In this document: piece by piece, positions 29,801-39,400 of the stretch
How the letters are laid out: every line of letters begins with the position of its first letter
Numbering within the stretch: the first letter of the stretch is position 1
Source of the DNA: Planctomycetota bacterium
GTDB lineage: Bacteria; Planctomycetota; B15-G4; SIAN01
DNA: 64,000 bases
NCBI GenBank assembly: GCA_031409275.1
Contig: JANNXA010000051.1
Coordinates: 64,001-128,000, forward strand
Direction of reading: 5' to 3'
The notes under the pieces: generated by a model
Seen by the model: the letters and a program-made list of their open reading frames with translations, nothing else
Told to the model about the DNA's origin: nothing
The model's database searches: none
Translations under genes and position numbers: made by a program

Positions 29801-30069
29801 AGAAGGACGTCCCGCCGCTCGCTGCGCAGTTCGTCTGGGAGGACAGCGCGGGCGCGACGAGCTGGCTCTTCGAGCTCGCTCTCGACCCGGGTTTCACCAA
29901 GCCGGTCCACGTGGAGGTCGTCCAGGGCGCGACGAACCTCGACCTGCCGATCCTGCTGCGCCAGTTGCAGCAGTACTGGTGGCGGGTGACGGCGCGCAAC
30001 GACTTCGGCGCGACGACGGCCGAGGCGCGCACCTTCACGACGGGCAAGGCAGCGCGCAAGCACCGCTGA
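26875..30069 (+). CDS. exported glucose/sorbosone dehydrogenase-family beta-propeller with PKD domains
   Basis: Signal peptide (AAHA-Q); GDRGLL, LFITTGDG, GKVLRIDP, GLRNPFRF, NFGWPCFEG; PKD motifs YLWDFGDG and FDWGDG; FN3-like C-terminus (YWWRVTARNDFG). GGAGG RBS. Confidence 0.85.
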   Translation: MGFASPRRCHTPLPRWRSIAVLAVLAGAAHAQTWPLDFVTEEIGIGWDRPTCITFADAANMLVAEKGGRLWNVRNSVKRLTPVIDLSSEVLDNGDRGLLTVIADPEWDSNGYIYLGYIVDPDADSSDDEQESFGRIIRLTTTRDLNGDLVADPTSRKTLIGATWTSGIPSLHYSHSIGDMRFAADGSLFITTGDGAHYDLTDAGGFDPNGFGPGKFDASEDIGAFRSQSLTSLAGKVLRIDPETGLGLPDNPFFTGKAGDHASRIWALGLRNPFRFTLRPGSGIPEKLYIGDVGWGTVEEIDHAQRNAENFGWPCFEGPRVENSYDNADPNGECDDPTVFTKPIWAFHHSTPGSAGFTSQCIAGMQIYDGTAYPQQYSGRLFFCEYASDWIRTVRFVNGTPTEVELFGNNIGNPVDLIADPVSGDLIYVAIGDNAIRRIRYTNANHPPEAVATATPNFGPSPLTVTLDASASTDPEGLPLAYLWDFGDGTTGTNAVEAHLYPLGIDYTVKLTVTDVGGETASWTKQISVDNTPPVITQITSPPQPGYYTDGQSINFSLIASDLEDGAAGIPLVVEWKLDLVHDHHTHPSWLKLFGANVNWNAESEGHGTYYRVTAKVTDSRGLKATQAFDLFDLDAEPEPHLDSVSDVAPRLGVPVEARAHVHYAGKGSADLVFDWGDGSRDVFHPSHLQDRKPNHLYAAPGIYTLRVSASDDVATNTVEQVLQVRPFHPAVAIFAPVIVKRWIDESKQWEIATQLATELRSRGYEAEIFGHGNQEALTRWMEIYRNDGLRDYLVVLDVGPAAIYSGQDDGSIAEDWIESGNGILWTGYSPFAWYVGEDGTVDDVGAGVFAADEVLDSASSAVCNGVGVMQLLPPASDLPDLRSFSATRAVIASKLGSGWSEVVAYADDGTSGSSRSTDAALFRNSTGGDYAQFHVVNDSTLPRAGVIRDFLLTQLFAGRPAPPVSFTLLDPYMQEKDVPPLAAQFVWEDSAGATSWLFELALDPGFTKPVHVEVVQGATNLDLPILLRQLQQYWWRVTARNDFGATTAEARTFTTGKAARKHR

Positions 30070-30119
30070 GACAGGCTGCCAGCGGCCGCCACCCGACGAC
30101 CGCCGATCCAAGAACGAAG

Positions 30120-30154
30120 ACGGCCCCCGCGGCAGCGATCGCCGCGGGGGCCGT
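30120..30154. terminator. GC-rich hairpin between convergent genes (probable terminator)
   Basis: ACGGCCCCCGCGGC-agcgatc-GCCGCGGGGGCCGT, a perfect 14-bp stem; U-tracts weak. Confidence 0.65.
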
Positions 30155-30169
30155 TGCATTCCTCTCCGC

Positions 30170-32827
30170 TCAGCGCATCGAACGCGCGCGGCGCGGCGCG
30201 ACCGGAGTCGGCGGCGCGGGCACCGGCTCCGGAGTCGGCGTCGCCGGCGTATTCACGACCTCGAGCTCCTGCTGCAGGGCGTTCAGCTGCTGCTGCAGCG
30301 CCTCGATCTGCGCACGCAGCATCGCGGCACGCTCGGCGCTTTCGTGGCGCTGGTTGCCGACCCGTCGCCGCTGCGATGGGGTCGGAAAGCCCTGGTTCAA
30401 CTCCACGTGCGCTCGCTCCGCTTGGGCGAGCGCCCGCTGCTCCGCGGCGAGTGCACGTTCGCGCGCCGCCGCCTCTCGCGTCGACAACGCGCCGCCATCA
30501 CCCGCGCGGGCCTCCGCCAGACGCGCCTCGGCCGAGCGCATCTGCTCTTCGTACTCGCCCTGATGGCGCTTGAACTGAACCGCCGCGCGCTCCTGCACTT
30601 CGGCCGCCTTCTGCAGGGCTTCCTGCCGCGCTTGCGCGAACGCGTCGTCGAAACGCTGGCGCATGGCGTCCGCCTGCGCGGCGTCGACGTGGGTCGCCGC
30701 TTCGGCGAGCTCTGCCCTCGCCTCGGCGAGCGTCGCGGCCAACTCGCCATCGACCTCGCTCATCGCCTTGGCGAATTCGGCCTGGGCCGCAGCGAACGGC
30801 TCCTCGATGCCGCGTAGCTCGTCGAGTTCTCCGAGCTCGGACAGCTCTGCCAGATCGCCGAACTCCTCGAAACCGGAGAACTCCGGGAACTCTACGCCGG
30901 ACATCGCATCGCAAGGCTCTTCGCACTCGACTTCGCACTCGACTTCGCACGCCTCTTCGCAGGATTCCTCGCACGCCTCTTCGCACGCCGCTTCGCAGGC
31001 TTCTTCGCACGCATCGGCGCATGCAGGTGGCTCGATCGCTCGATCGCGGTGCGATCGTGCCACCGTCTCAGCGACGGCCAGGCGCGCGACGGCCGTCTGC
31101 GCCGCCACCAACGCCTGTAGCTTGCGCTGCAGCTTGACGACCTCGTCGTGCCGGCCGGCCGTTGCCGCTTCCCTGAGCGCCATCGCCAGGTCACCGATCC
31201 GCTCGCTCATGGCGGCCGCGCGGGCAGCCGTGGCGTCATGCGCAACGCGCGGCGGCGCAATGGCGGGCACTTCTTCGGCGGGCACGTTCGGGTTGCCCGC
31301 CGCGGCCGGCCGCTTCACTCGCACGCGAACTGGACGCGCCGCCCGATCGTCGCTGGCGACGGCAGGCTCGACCGCCGATGGAGCGATGGCGCGCGCGCTG
31401 ACCGGTACGTTTCGCGCCGGCATCGCATGCGGAGCCGTCGCGTCCGCGGTTGCGACGGCGCTTGTTGCCACCGCCCGCGGCGCGACCGCCTGGTTCACCG
31501 TACCCGTCGTCGCCGTCGCCGTCGGCCCGTCGCCCGGCAGCAGCGTCGCCGCGGCTCCGAGCTGCGTCAGCAGCGGCAGCGCGAACAGCGAGCACGCCAA
31601 CCAGCGGCCACCGCGCAGTCGCCGTCCATCGGGACCCTTCGAATCAACCGTAAGCATCTCGATCCTCCTCTCAATCTGCGACGGCGAGCGGCCCCAATGC
31701 AGGAGCGCGCAACGAACGCCCGCGGAGTGGGGCCCCGCGTCGATCGCCGAGAGATGACCATGGAGCGCTGCCGCATGTTCCAGCAGCGCATGGGCGTAGC
31801 TGCGGCGATGGCCGCAGCGCTGCACGACCGCGAGGTCGCACGACAGCTCGCGCAGCCGGCCGACTTCGGCCGACAACCACCACGCCGCGGGGTGGAACCA
31901 GAAGAGCGACGTCGCCAGCGCCTGCACGACCGCGGCCAGCGTGTCGCCACGCGCGATATGGACGAGCTCGTGGCGCAGCGCCCAGCGCAACGCCTCCGGC
32001 GAGATCTGCGCGAGCGCGCGGTGCGGCACCAGCAGCACCGGCCGCCACCAGCCAAAGCAGGCCGGACTCGAAATCTCGCGAGAGACGCGCAGGACGACTC
32101 GCGCCGCGACCGGCTCGCTTGCAGCAAGCTCGCTCCAAAGCGCGGAGAGTTCCGGTGGAAGCTCCCGCTCGGAGCGGTGCACCAGCCGCAGCGTGCGCAG
32201 AAGACGCAGCGCTCGCCCGACGACGACCCACAGCAGTCCGGCGCAGTAGATCGCGAGCGCCAGCCGTCCGTCGAGCAAGCCGCGGAGGCGTTCCAGCGAC
32301 AAGCTCGAGGACGCCGCGCGGTTCGTTTCAGGCACGGCGTCGTGCGACGGTGCCCTTGAGGCCGCGGGGTGCGCCGGCGGCAGCGGCGCTCGCATGCTGG
32401 CCAGGATGCCGTACTCCGACGGCAGCGAAGCCGCCGCCAGTTCAGGACGGTCGTGTCGCGACGCTGCAGCACCGCGCGCCTCGGTGCGCTCGAACTCGCG
32501 CTCGAGTGGCAGGTCGACCAGCAACGAACGGTCGTCGATCAGCGGCCACTCGATCCGGCGGCCGGGAGGTTCGGGTGCCGACGGCGTCGGCTCGAAGACG
32601 CGCGTGATCCAGCCGCGAATCGGCGTTCCCCACGCCGCCGCCGCGCCGCGAAGCGCCCACTGCACCGGCAGAAGCGCCAGCGCAGTGACCAGCAGCGCGC
32701 ACGCCAGCGTGTAGGCGAGCGCGGGGTCGCGCTTCAGGAGTCGCCGAGTGAGCAGCGCCGCCAAACCGGCGAATGCCATCCCGAGCGATGCGATCAGGAG
32801 CTGGCCCATCCACGGCGCCCCGCTCAT
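30170..32827 (-). CDS. BlaR1/MecR1-like M56 family membrane metallopeptidase with atypical C-terminal region
   Basis: TM helices, SPACFGWWRPVLLVP, HELVH (HExxH), FWFHPAAWW, RELSCD, YAHALL, IERRIEML; ATGA-coupled to the BlaI-family gene. Confidence 0.9.
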   Translation of the reverse strand: MSGAPWMGQLLIASLGMAFAGLAALLTRRLLKRDPALAYTLACALLVTALALLPVQWALRGAAAAWGTPIRGWITRVFEPTPSAPEPPGRRIEWPLIDDRSLLVDLPLEREFERTEARGAAASRHDRPELAAASLPSEYGILASMRAPLPPAHPAASRAPSHDAVPETNRAASSSLSLERLRGLLDGRLALAIYCAGLLWVVVGRALRLLRTLRLVHRSERELPPELSALWSELAASEPVAARVVLRVSREISSPACFGWWRPVLLVPHRALAQISPEALRWALRHELVHIARGDTLAAVVQALATSLFWFHPAAWWLSAEVGRLRELSCDLAVVQRCGHRRSYAHALLEHAAALHGHLSAIDAGPHSAGVRCALLHWGRSPSQIERRIEMLTVDSKGPDGRRLRGGRWLACSLFALPLLTQLGAAATLLPGDGPTATATTGTVNQAVAPRAVATSAVATADATAPHAMPARNVPVSARAIAPSAVEPAVASDDRAARPVRVRVKRPAAAGNPNVPAEEVPAIAPPRVAHDATAARAAAMSERIGDLAMALREAATAGRHDEVVKLQRKLQALVAAQTAVARLAVAETVARSHRDRAIEPPACADACEEACEAACEEACEESCEEACEVECEVECEEPCDAMSGVEFPEFSGFEEFGDLAELSELGELDELRGIEEPFAAAQAEFAKAMSEVDGELAATLAEARAELAEAATHVDAAQADAMRQRFDDAFAQARQEALQKAAEVQERAAVQFKRHQGEYEEQMRSAEARLAEARAGDGGALSTREAAARERALAAEQRALAQAERAHVELNQGFPTPSQRRRVGNQRHESAERAAMLRAQIEALQQQLNALQQELEVVNTPATPTPEPVPAPPTPVAPRRARSMR
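30911..31021 (-). repeat. 12-bp-period coding repeat encoding ten C-x-x-x units
   Basis: CADA CEEA CEAA CEEA CEES CEEA CEVE CEVE CEEP CD; TCGCA recurs at 12-nt period on the + strand. Confidence 0.9.
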
Positions 32828-33273
32828 CGGCCGCCCTCCACTTCGCGATCAGTAGCCGGCGTCGGCGGCGCATCGTCGAGCCGCTCGTCGATCATGCGAC
32901 GCAGCTTCTCGAGCTCGGGCCGCGACAGCTCTTCGCGTTCGACGAGGTTCAGCAGTAGCGGCTGCACCTGGCCATCGAACAGGCGCTCGACGAACTCCCC
33001 CACCATGGAGGTGGTGACCTGCGCCTGCGAGACGCGCGGCTGGTAGAGGTGCGCGCGGCCGCTGCCGGCACGCGTTCGCACGACCGACTTGTCGCGCAGG
33101 ATGTTGAGGACGGTCTGGACCGTGTTGTAGGCCAGCGGCTTGCGCCGCTCGAGGTTGACCCGCTCCACGACTTCGCGCACGGTCAGCTCGGGGGAGCTCG
33201 CCCCGGCCCAGAAGGTGCGCAGCACCTCGAGCTCGAGCTTGGTCAGCAGAACCTTCGAACGTTCACGCGCCAT
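32824..33273 (-). CDS. BlaI/MecI/CopY-family transcriptional repressor
   Basis: LTKLELEVLRTFW, TVREVVE, LAYNTVQTVLNILRDK, GRAHLYQP, FVERLFDG, ELEKLRRMI. Forms the C-terminal 149 aa of the spurious 1905-aa ORF. Confidence 0.92.
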   Translation of the reverse strand: MARERSKVLLTKLELEVLRTFWAGASSPELTVREVVERVNLERRKPLAYNTVQTVLNILRDKSVVRTRAGSGRAHLYQPRVSQAQVTTSMVGEFVERLFDGQVQPLLLNLVEREELSRPELEKLRRMIDERLDDAPPTPATDREVEGGR

Positions 33274-33289
33274 CGCCGTCTCCCGTCGT

Positions 33290-33354
33290 GACTCCGAATG
33301 TCTTAGGAGTCCCGGATCGACCTGGCAACGGTTTTCTCCGAGATTCTTAGGAGA
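33290..33354. promoter_or_regulatory. two palindromic operators overlapping a predicted blaI-like promoter
   Basis: GACTCCGAAtgtcTTAGGAGTC (33290-33311) and TCTCCGAGattcTTAGGAGA (33335-33354); minus-strand TTGCCA(33328-33323)-N17-TAAGAC(33305-33300). Confidence 0.75.
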
Positions 33355-33477
33355 TGAGCCAGAGCCGCCGGCCAAACGGCGCCGGCGCCGCGCCGTTGCC
33401 TTCTCGTTACTTTTCGCGAACTCCCCCGCACGTAGTCGGTCGAACGGCTGTCGCCCCGCCCTGTTCCGGAGCTTCCC

Positions 33478-36400
33478 ATGCGCCGCCCCCACCTCCTCGC
33501 ACTCGCTCTCTGCGTCGCCGCGACCGCGCTCTTTGCCCTGCCGCCGCTCGCCGCTCGCGACGAGCGCCCGCCGCTGGACGAGGCGCCCGCGGCGCTGCGC
33601 GATGCGCTCCTCGACGGCGACTTCGAGAACGCCCTGGCGCAGCTCGTCGAACTGGAACGCAGTGAGCCGACGCGCGGCGACCTCTGGGCGATGCTGCGCG
33701 GCCAGATCCACGCAACGCGCGGGGAGGCGGCGCTCGCCGAACAGGACTTCGCCGCGGTCGAGAGTCGATTCGCTGGCACTCCCTGGCGGAGCAAGGCGCG
33801 TTTCGGCCGGGCCAGCGCCTTGCGCGATCTGCGTCGCTTCGCCGAGGCGGAAGCGATCGTCGCGAGCGAGGCGGCACGGTTGCGCTCCCCGGAGCGGCGC
33901 ACCGAGCTCGCGCAGCTCGCGGTCGATCTCGCCGACGCGGCGCTCGATCCGAAGGCCGCGGGTGCCGCCGAGACGCCGGCGTCCGACCCGGCGCTCGCCT
34001 TCGCGCTTTACGAGCAAGTGCTCGGGCTCGATCCGCCGGCGCCCGTCGTGGCGCATGTGCAGCGCCAGCGCGGCCGCTGCCTCTTGGCGCTGGGCCAGCC
34101 AGGACCCGCGCTCGTCGCCTTCACGGCCTACCTCGCCAGCCCGGCGGGTCGCGAACGGAGCGGGGTATCGATCGATGCTCGCCTCGCGGCGGCGCGCTGC
34201 GAGGCCGCCCTCGGCCGCGTCGGCGATGCACGCCGCTCGCTCGAACGGCTGGCGACCGAGCTGTCGCAAGCGCCCGAGCCGGCCATGCGCGCGCGACTCG
34301 GCGACGCGCTCGAAGCGGCCGCGCGCACCTGGCGTCCCGACCTCGCCACCGAACGACTGCTCGCGGTGACCAGCCTGCGCCGTTTCGTCGAGCAGTGCCC
34401 GGACCACCCGCTCGCGTGGACCGCTCGCCTCGACGCTGCGAGCTACCTGGCCGCGGCCGGGGAGACCGAGGAGGCGCTCGCCGCCTTCGACGCGATCATC
34501 GCTGGGCCGGCGGGAGCTGCCGCGGAAGAGGCGACGCGCGCGCGCGCTGAAGCGGCGTTCCGGCGTGGCCAGTTGCTGTTGAGCCAGGGGCGCTGCGAAG
34601 CAGCAGGAGCCGCCTTCGCCGACTGCGTGGCGCGCGACCCGACGGGCCCCCGTTGGGCCGAGGCGCAAGCGGCGATGGTCGAGGCGGAGTATCGGGTCGC
34701 GGCGATCGCGCGCGACCGCAAGGAGTTCGCGGCCGCGCGCGCCGCTCTCACCCGATTCATCTCGCTCCACCCGCTCGATCCACGCGTCGCCGAGAGCCGC
34801 TTCGAGATCGGCGCGCTCTACCGCGATGAGGCCGAACAACTTCGCCAGGCGAACGGGTCGAGCTCGGTCGAGCCGGCGCTCTCGCTCGAACGCTCGGCGC
34901 TCGAGGAGTGGCAGCGTTGCGTTCGACTCCATCCGGGCAGCGACGTCGCCTCGCACGCACTCTTCGCGAGCGGTCGACTCTGGCACGACTCGCTGCTCGA
35001 TCTCGAGAAGGCGGTCGAGATGTGGCGTGCGTGCAGCTTCGGGGCCTACGCCGGCGAAGCTGCCGGCCGCCTCGCGGAACTGCTCACGCCGAGCCTCTCG
35101 GTCGTGACGCCGCGCTCGTTTCGCAGCAATGAGGCGGCGCACCTCGAACTGCTGGCGCGCAACGTTGCTCAGGTCAAGGTGAAGCTCCATCGGCTCGACC
35201 TCGAGGCCTACTTCCGCAAGTTCCTCGCGGCCGACGCCGTCGAGGAGCTCGACCTCGACCTGATCGCGGCCGACCTCGAATTCACGTTCGACGTCCCGGA
35301 CTACGCGCGCTGGAAGGCGTGCCGCGCCCCCATCACGCTGCCGCTCCTCGGCAGCGGCGCGTGGGTCGCCGTCGTCGAGTCGGAGCAGCAGCGCACCACG
35401 ACCTTGGTGCTGAAGAGCGACATCGATCTGATCGTCAAGTCCGCGGCGCGCGAACTGCTCGTCTTCGCCGAGAATCGCCTGCTCGGGACAGCCGCTGCCG
35501 GCGTCGAATTGCTGATCGACCTCGGAGCCGGCGAAGATGGCTCCCGCCGCCAACACACGGGGACCACGGGCAGCGACGGCCTGTTCCACCTGCGCACCGA
35601 GACCCCGTTCGAGCCGAGCGCGCTGCGGATGCTGGCGAAGAGTGCCGCCGACTTCGCCGTGGTTCAGGTGCCGCTGCAGGGGGGCGCCAGCGCACCGACG
35701 CTGCTGCCGCGCGGCCTCGTCTTCACCGATCGGCCCGCCTACCGGCCGGGCCAGCAGGTCGAGATCGCGGCGTTCCTGCGCGACGTGAAGGAGGGAAGCC
35801 TCACCGCCAGCAAAGGCTCCCGCTGGACGCTCTCGCTGCATGACCCGCGCGATCGCCTGGTCCGCAGCGAAACGCTGCTCCTCGACGAATTCGGCACCGC
35901 CGCTGCGAAGTTCGAACTCGACGCGTTCGCGACGCTCGGCACCTGGATGGTGGTGGTCGAGCGGCAGGATGGCCCCACCTTTCGCGGCAGCTTCCTCGTC
36001 GCCGACTACCAGCTCGAACGGGTCACCCTCGACCTCACAGCGCCGCGACGAGTCTGGTTTCGCGGCGAGACGATCGAAGTCGAAGGGCTCGCGCGCTGGC
36101 AACACGGTGCTCCAGTCGCCGACGCCGCGCTGCGCGTGGAACTCCCTGATGGTCGCATCGAAGAGATGCGCACCGACGCGCAGGGGCAGTTCCGCATCCG
36201 CTTCGAGACCGTCGATCTGCCCGAGGAGCGCGCGCTCGCGTTCCAGGCGACCTTGCTCGACGGCGGCGTCGTCGCGTCGGAGACGATCTTCCTCGCGCTG
36301 CGCGAGTTCGACTTGAGCCTCGAACTGCCGACGCGCGCGCTGCTGGCGGACGAGCGTTTCGCCATCGGCGTGCGCGCCACGCGCCGCGACGGCACGCCGA

Positions 36401-39400
36401 TGGCAACGCCCTGCCGCGTCGCGCTCCTGCGCAAGGAGAGCGGCGGCGGCGAAGTGCGTGCGCAGCAGCTCACGGGCACCACGCTCGCCGCCGATGGGCG
36501 CACCACCTTCGAGGCGACGCTCGCGCGCGGCGGCACCTACGTGGTCCGCGCCGAGGCGACCGATCGCTTCGGGCAGCGCATCGTCGCCGAAGGCATGGTG
36601 CTGATCTCCGACAGCGACGACGAGCAGAAGCTGCGCCTGCTTTCCGATCGCACGCGTCTCGAAGTCGGCGAATCGACCAAGGTGCGCCTGCTGCAACGCG
36701 ATGGCGGCGGCTTGCTGCTCCTGACCTGGGAGCTGCACGATGGGCTGCGCTGGCAGGTGCTCGACGCCCGCGAAGCGACGCGCGAGCTCACCATCACCGC
36801 CGACGCCGAACTCGCGCCCGGCTTCGTGCTGGCTGCCGCCGCGATGCGCGGCACTCGTCTCCACATCGCCAGCACCCCTTTCGAGGTGACGCGCGCGCTT
36901 CGCCTCACGGTGGTGCCGCGCACCGCCACGGCAACCCCGGGCGGCGAGCTGACCGTCGACTTCACCACTGCCGATCCGCTTGGACGGCCGCTTTCGGCCC
37001 GCGTCGCGTTGGCTGTCGTCGACGACGCGCTGCTGCGGCAGTTTCCCGACACCACGCCGCTCCCGGAGCGCGTCTTCGCGCTCGGCGGTGGTGCGCCCGC
37101 GCCGTGGCGCCTCTCTTCGAGCTGCACCTTCCGCTACGAGGCGGCACCGGTCGCGATCGCGCGCACCGTCCGCGACGAAGAAGCGCGGCAAGTGGCGACC
37201 GCCGAGTTCGACCGAGAGAAAGGCGGCTTCTTGACGATGCTTGGCTACCTCGGCGACGGCGGCGGCGGCGATGGGCCAGCTAGCGAAGAGCGCCCGGCAG
37301 CCGATCCCGCGGGCAACGCGGACGATCTGGTCCGCGCCACGACGGGTGGTGGCGGCGGCGGCTTTCTGTCGGGCCGCTTGAACCGAAATGCAGTGGCGCG
37401 TTCCAAGCAGCGGGAGGAGGCTGGACGCGCCGCACCCGCGGGTCTCGCCGAAGCGGGGCTCGATGATGACACCGCCTGCTTCGCGCCGGCGATCACCACC
37501 GATGCAGAAGGGAAGGCGAGCGTCACCTTCCGCCTGCCGCAGCGCTCCACCACCTGGCAACTGGTGGCGCGCGGCCTCTCGGTCGACTCGCGCGCCGCGC
37601 TGGCGCAGCAGTCGATCGTCGCTCGCGAGCCCTTCTTCGCCGAGCTGCGAGCACCGGCGACGCTGCGCCAAGGCGACACGCCGCGCCTGCTCGCCACGCT
37701 CTTCTCGGAACCGGGCGCGGTCGGTCAGGTCGAGCTGCGACTGCGCGTGCACCTCGGCGACCAGGTGACCTCGTTGCCGGCCACGCTCGCCCTTTCGCAG
37801 AGCGGCACCACGGAACATCTCTTCCCGGCGCTCGCCGCGCTGCCGCTCACGGCCGACGCGAAGTTCGAGTTGGTGGCCACGCAGGTCGGAGTCACGCCGG
37901 CTCGCGAGCAGCGGAGCACGCTCACGTTGCCCATCGAGCCTTTCGGCCTTGAACGGCGCGCCGCGAAGAGCGGCGAGCTGCGCTCTTCCGCCCGCTTCAC
38001 CCTCGAGCTGCCGGGCGAGGTCAGCTACGTCGCGCGCTCTCTCGATCTCTGGATCGCGCCGAGCGCGGCGCGCCTGCTGCTCGACGACGCGCTCGAGCGG
38101 ACGCTCGATCGGCGCAACGCGCCGCGCGTGCAGCCGCAAGCCGACGTCGCCACCGAACTGCTCGGCACCTGCGAGGTGTTGGCGCTCGGGCAGCAGCTCG
38201 TCACCGGCGCCGCGGCGAGCGAGCTCGACCTCGCCGCCTTGCGTTCGCAGGCGCAAGGGCTGCTGGCTCGCCTCGTCGTCACCCAGCGGGACGACGGCGG
38301 CTTCGCCTGGGCCGGCGACCATGGCAGTGACCGTCCGACCACGGCGCTCGCGCTCGTGGCGCTTGCCCGCGCGCAAGCGCTCGGCTTCGCGGTGCCGGTG
38401 GCGACGATGGGCGCGGCGCGCCAGTACGTCGAGACGGCGTTTCGCAACTCGGGCCCCGACTCCGACGAGCTGAAGGCGATGCTGCAGCTCGCGCTCGCGG
38501 GCCAGGGCGCTGCCGACGCGGCCGCGCTGCAGCGACTGCATCGCGTGCGCGCAACGCTCTCACCCGCGGCGCTCGCCTACACCTGCCTGGCGTTGGTGGC
38601 GAGCGGCAAGGAGCCGATGGCGATCGATCTCGCCGCGCTGATCGAGCAACGCGCGATCGTGGCACCGGCGGGGGGCGCCAGCCGCTGCTGGGACGCGCAG
38701 CAGAATCGCCGATTCCAACGCTCGCCGTTGGAGACCAGCGCGCTAGCGCTGCTCGCGCTTTCAGCCGCGACCCCCGCCTCGCCCACCCTTGCGGGCGCCG
38801 TCGACGCGCTGCTGGCCGAGCGGCCGTGGGCACCGGCGCGCGCCGCCGGACTCGTGCGCGCCGCCCTCGCCCGCTTCTACGCCGATGTGGTTCCCGAACG
38901 CAGCGAAGCGGTCGTCCGCGTGCGCGTGAACGATCGCCTGTTGCCGCCGGTGCTCATGCCGGCCGGCGCCGGCGCGCAGGCGGTCGCCATCCCCGCCGAG
39001 CTGCTGCGGGAGGGCAAGGTGAAGGTGGAGCTCGAGCTCGAAGGACGCGCACGACCGAGCTACGCGGCGCTGCTGCGCGGCTTCACGCCCGACGTGCGGC
39101 GCACCGACCGCGACGACCTGCGCTGGTCGAACGTGGTGGTCAGCGCCCCCGCGCCTCTGCTGCGCGGTCGGCCGCTCGACACCGGCTTCAGCGTCCTTTC
39201 GGAAACGCCGCGCGACAGCTGGATCAACACGCGCGCCGAGCTTGCCGTCGGCGAACTCGCCGAAGTGCAGCTCTCCTGCTACCTCGGCCGCGAATCGGTC
39301 GACGCGGACGACACCGACCCCTACGAGCTCGCCGTTGCGCTGCCGGCCGGTGTCGAGCTGCTGCCCGGGTCGTTGAACGGGAACTTCACCACCTTCGCGC

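Noticed and set aside
30900..31025. CRISPR array or separate Cys-rich RiPP precursor
   Set aside because: The 12-bp units have no spacers and lie in frame within the M56 gene; no radical SAM or other maturase is adjacent.
32824..38541. 1905-aa minus-strand ORF
   Set aside because: Antisense shadow of the macroglobulin gene in high-GC DNA; only the last 149 aa (BlaI-like) are real.
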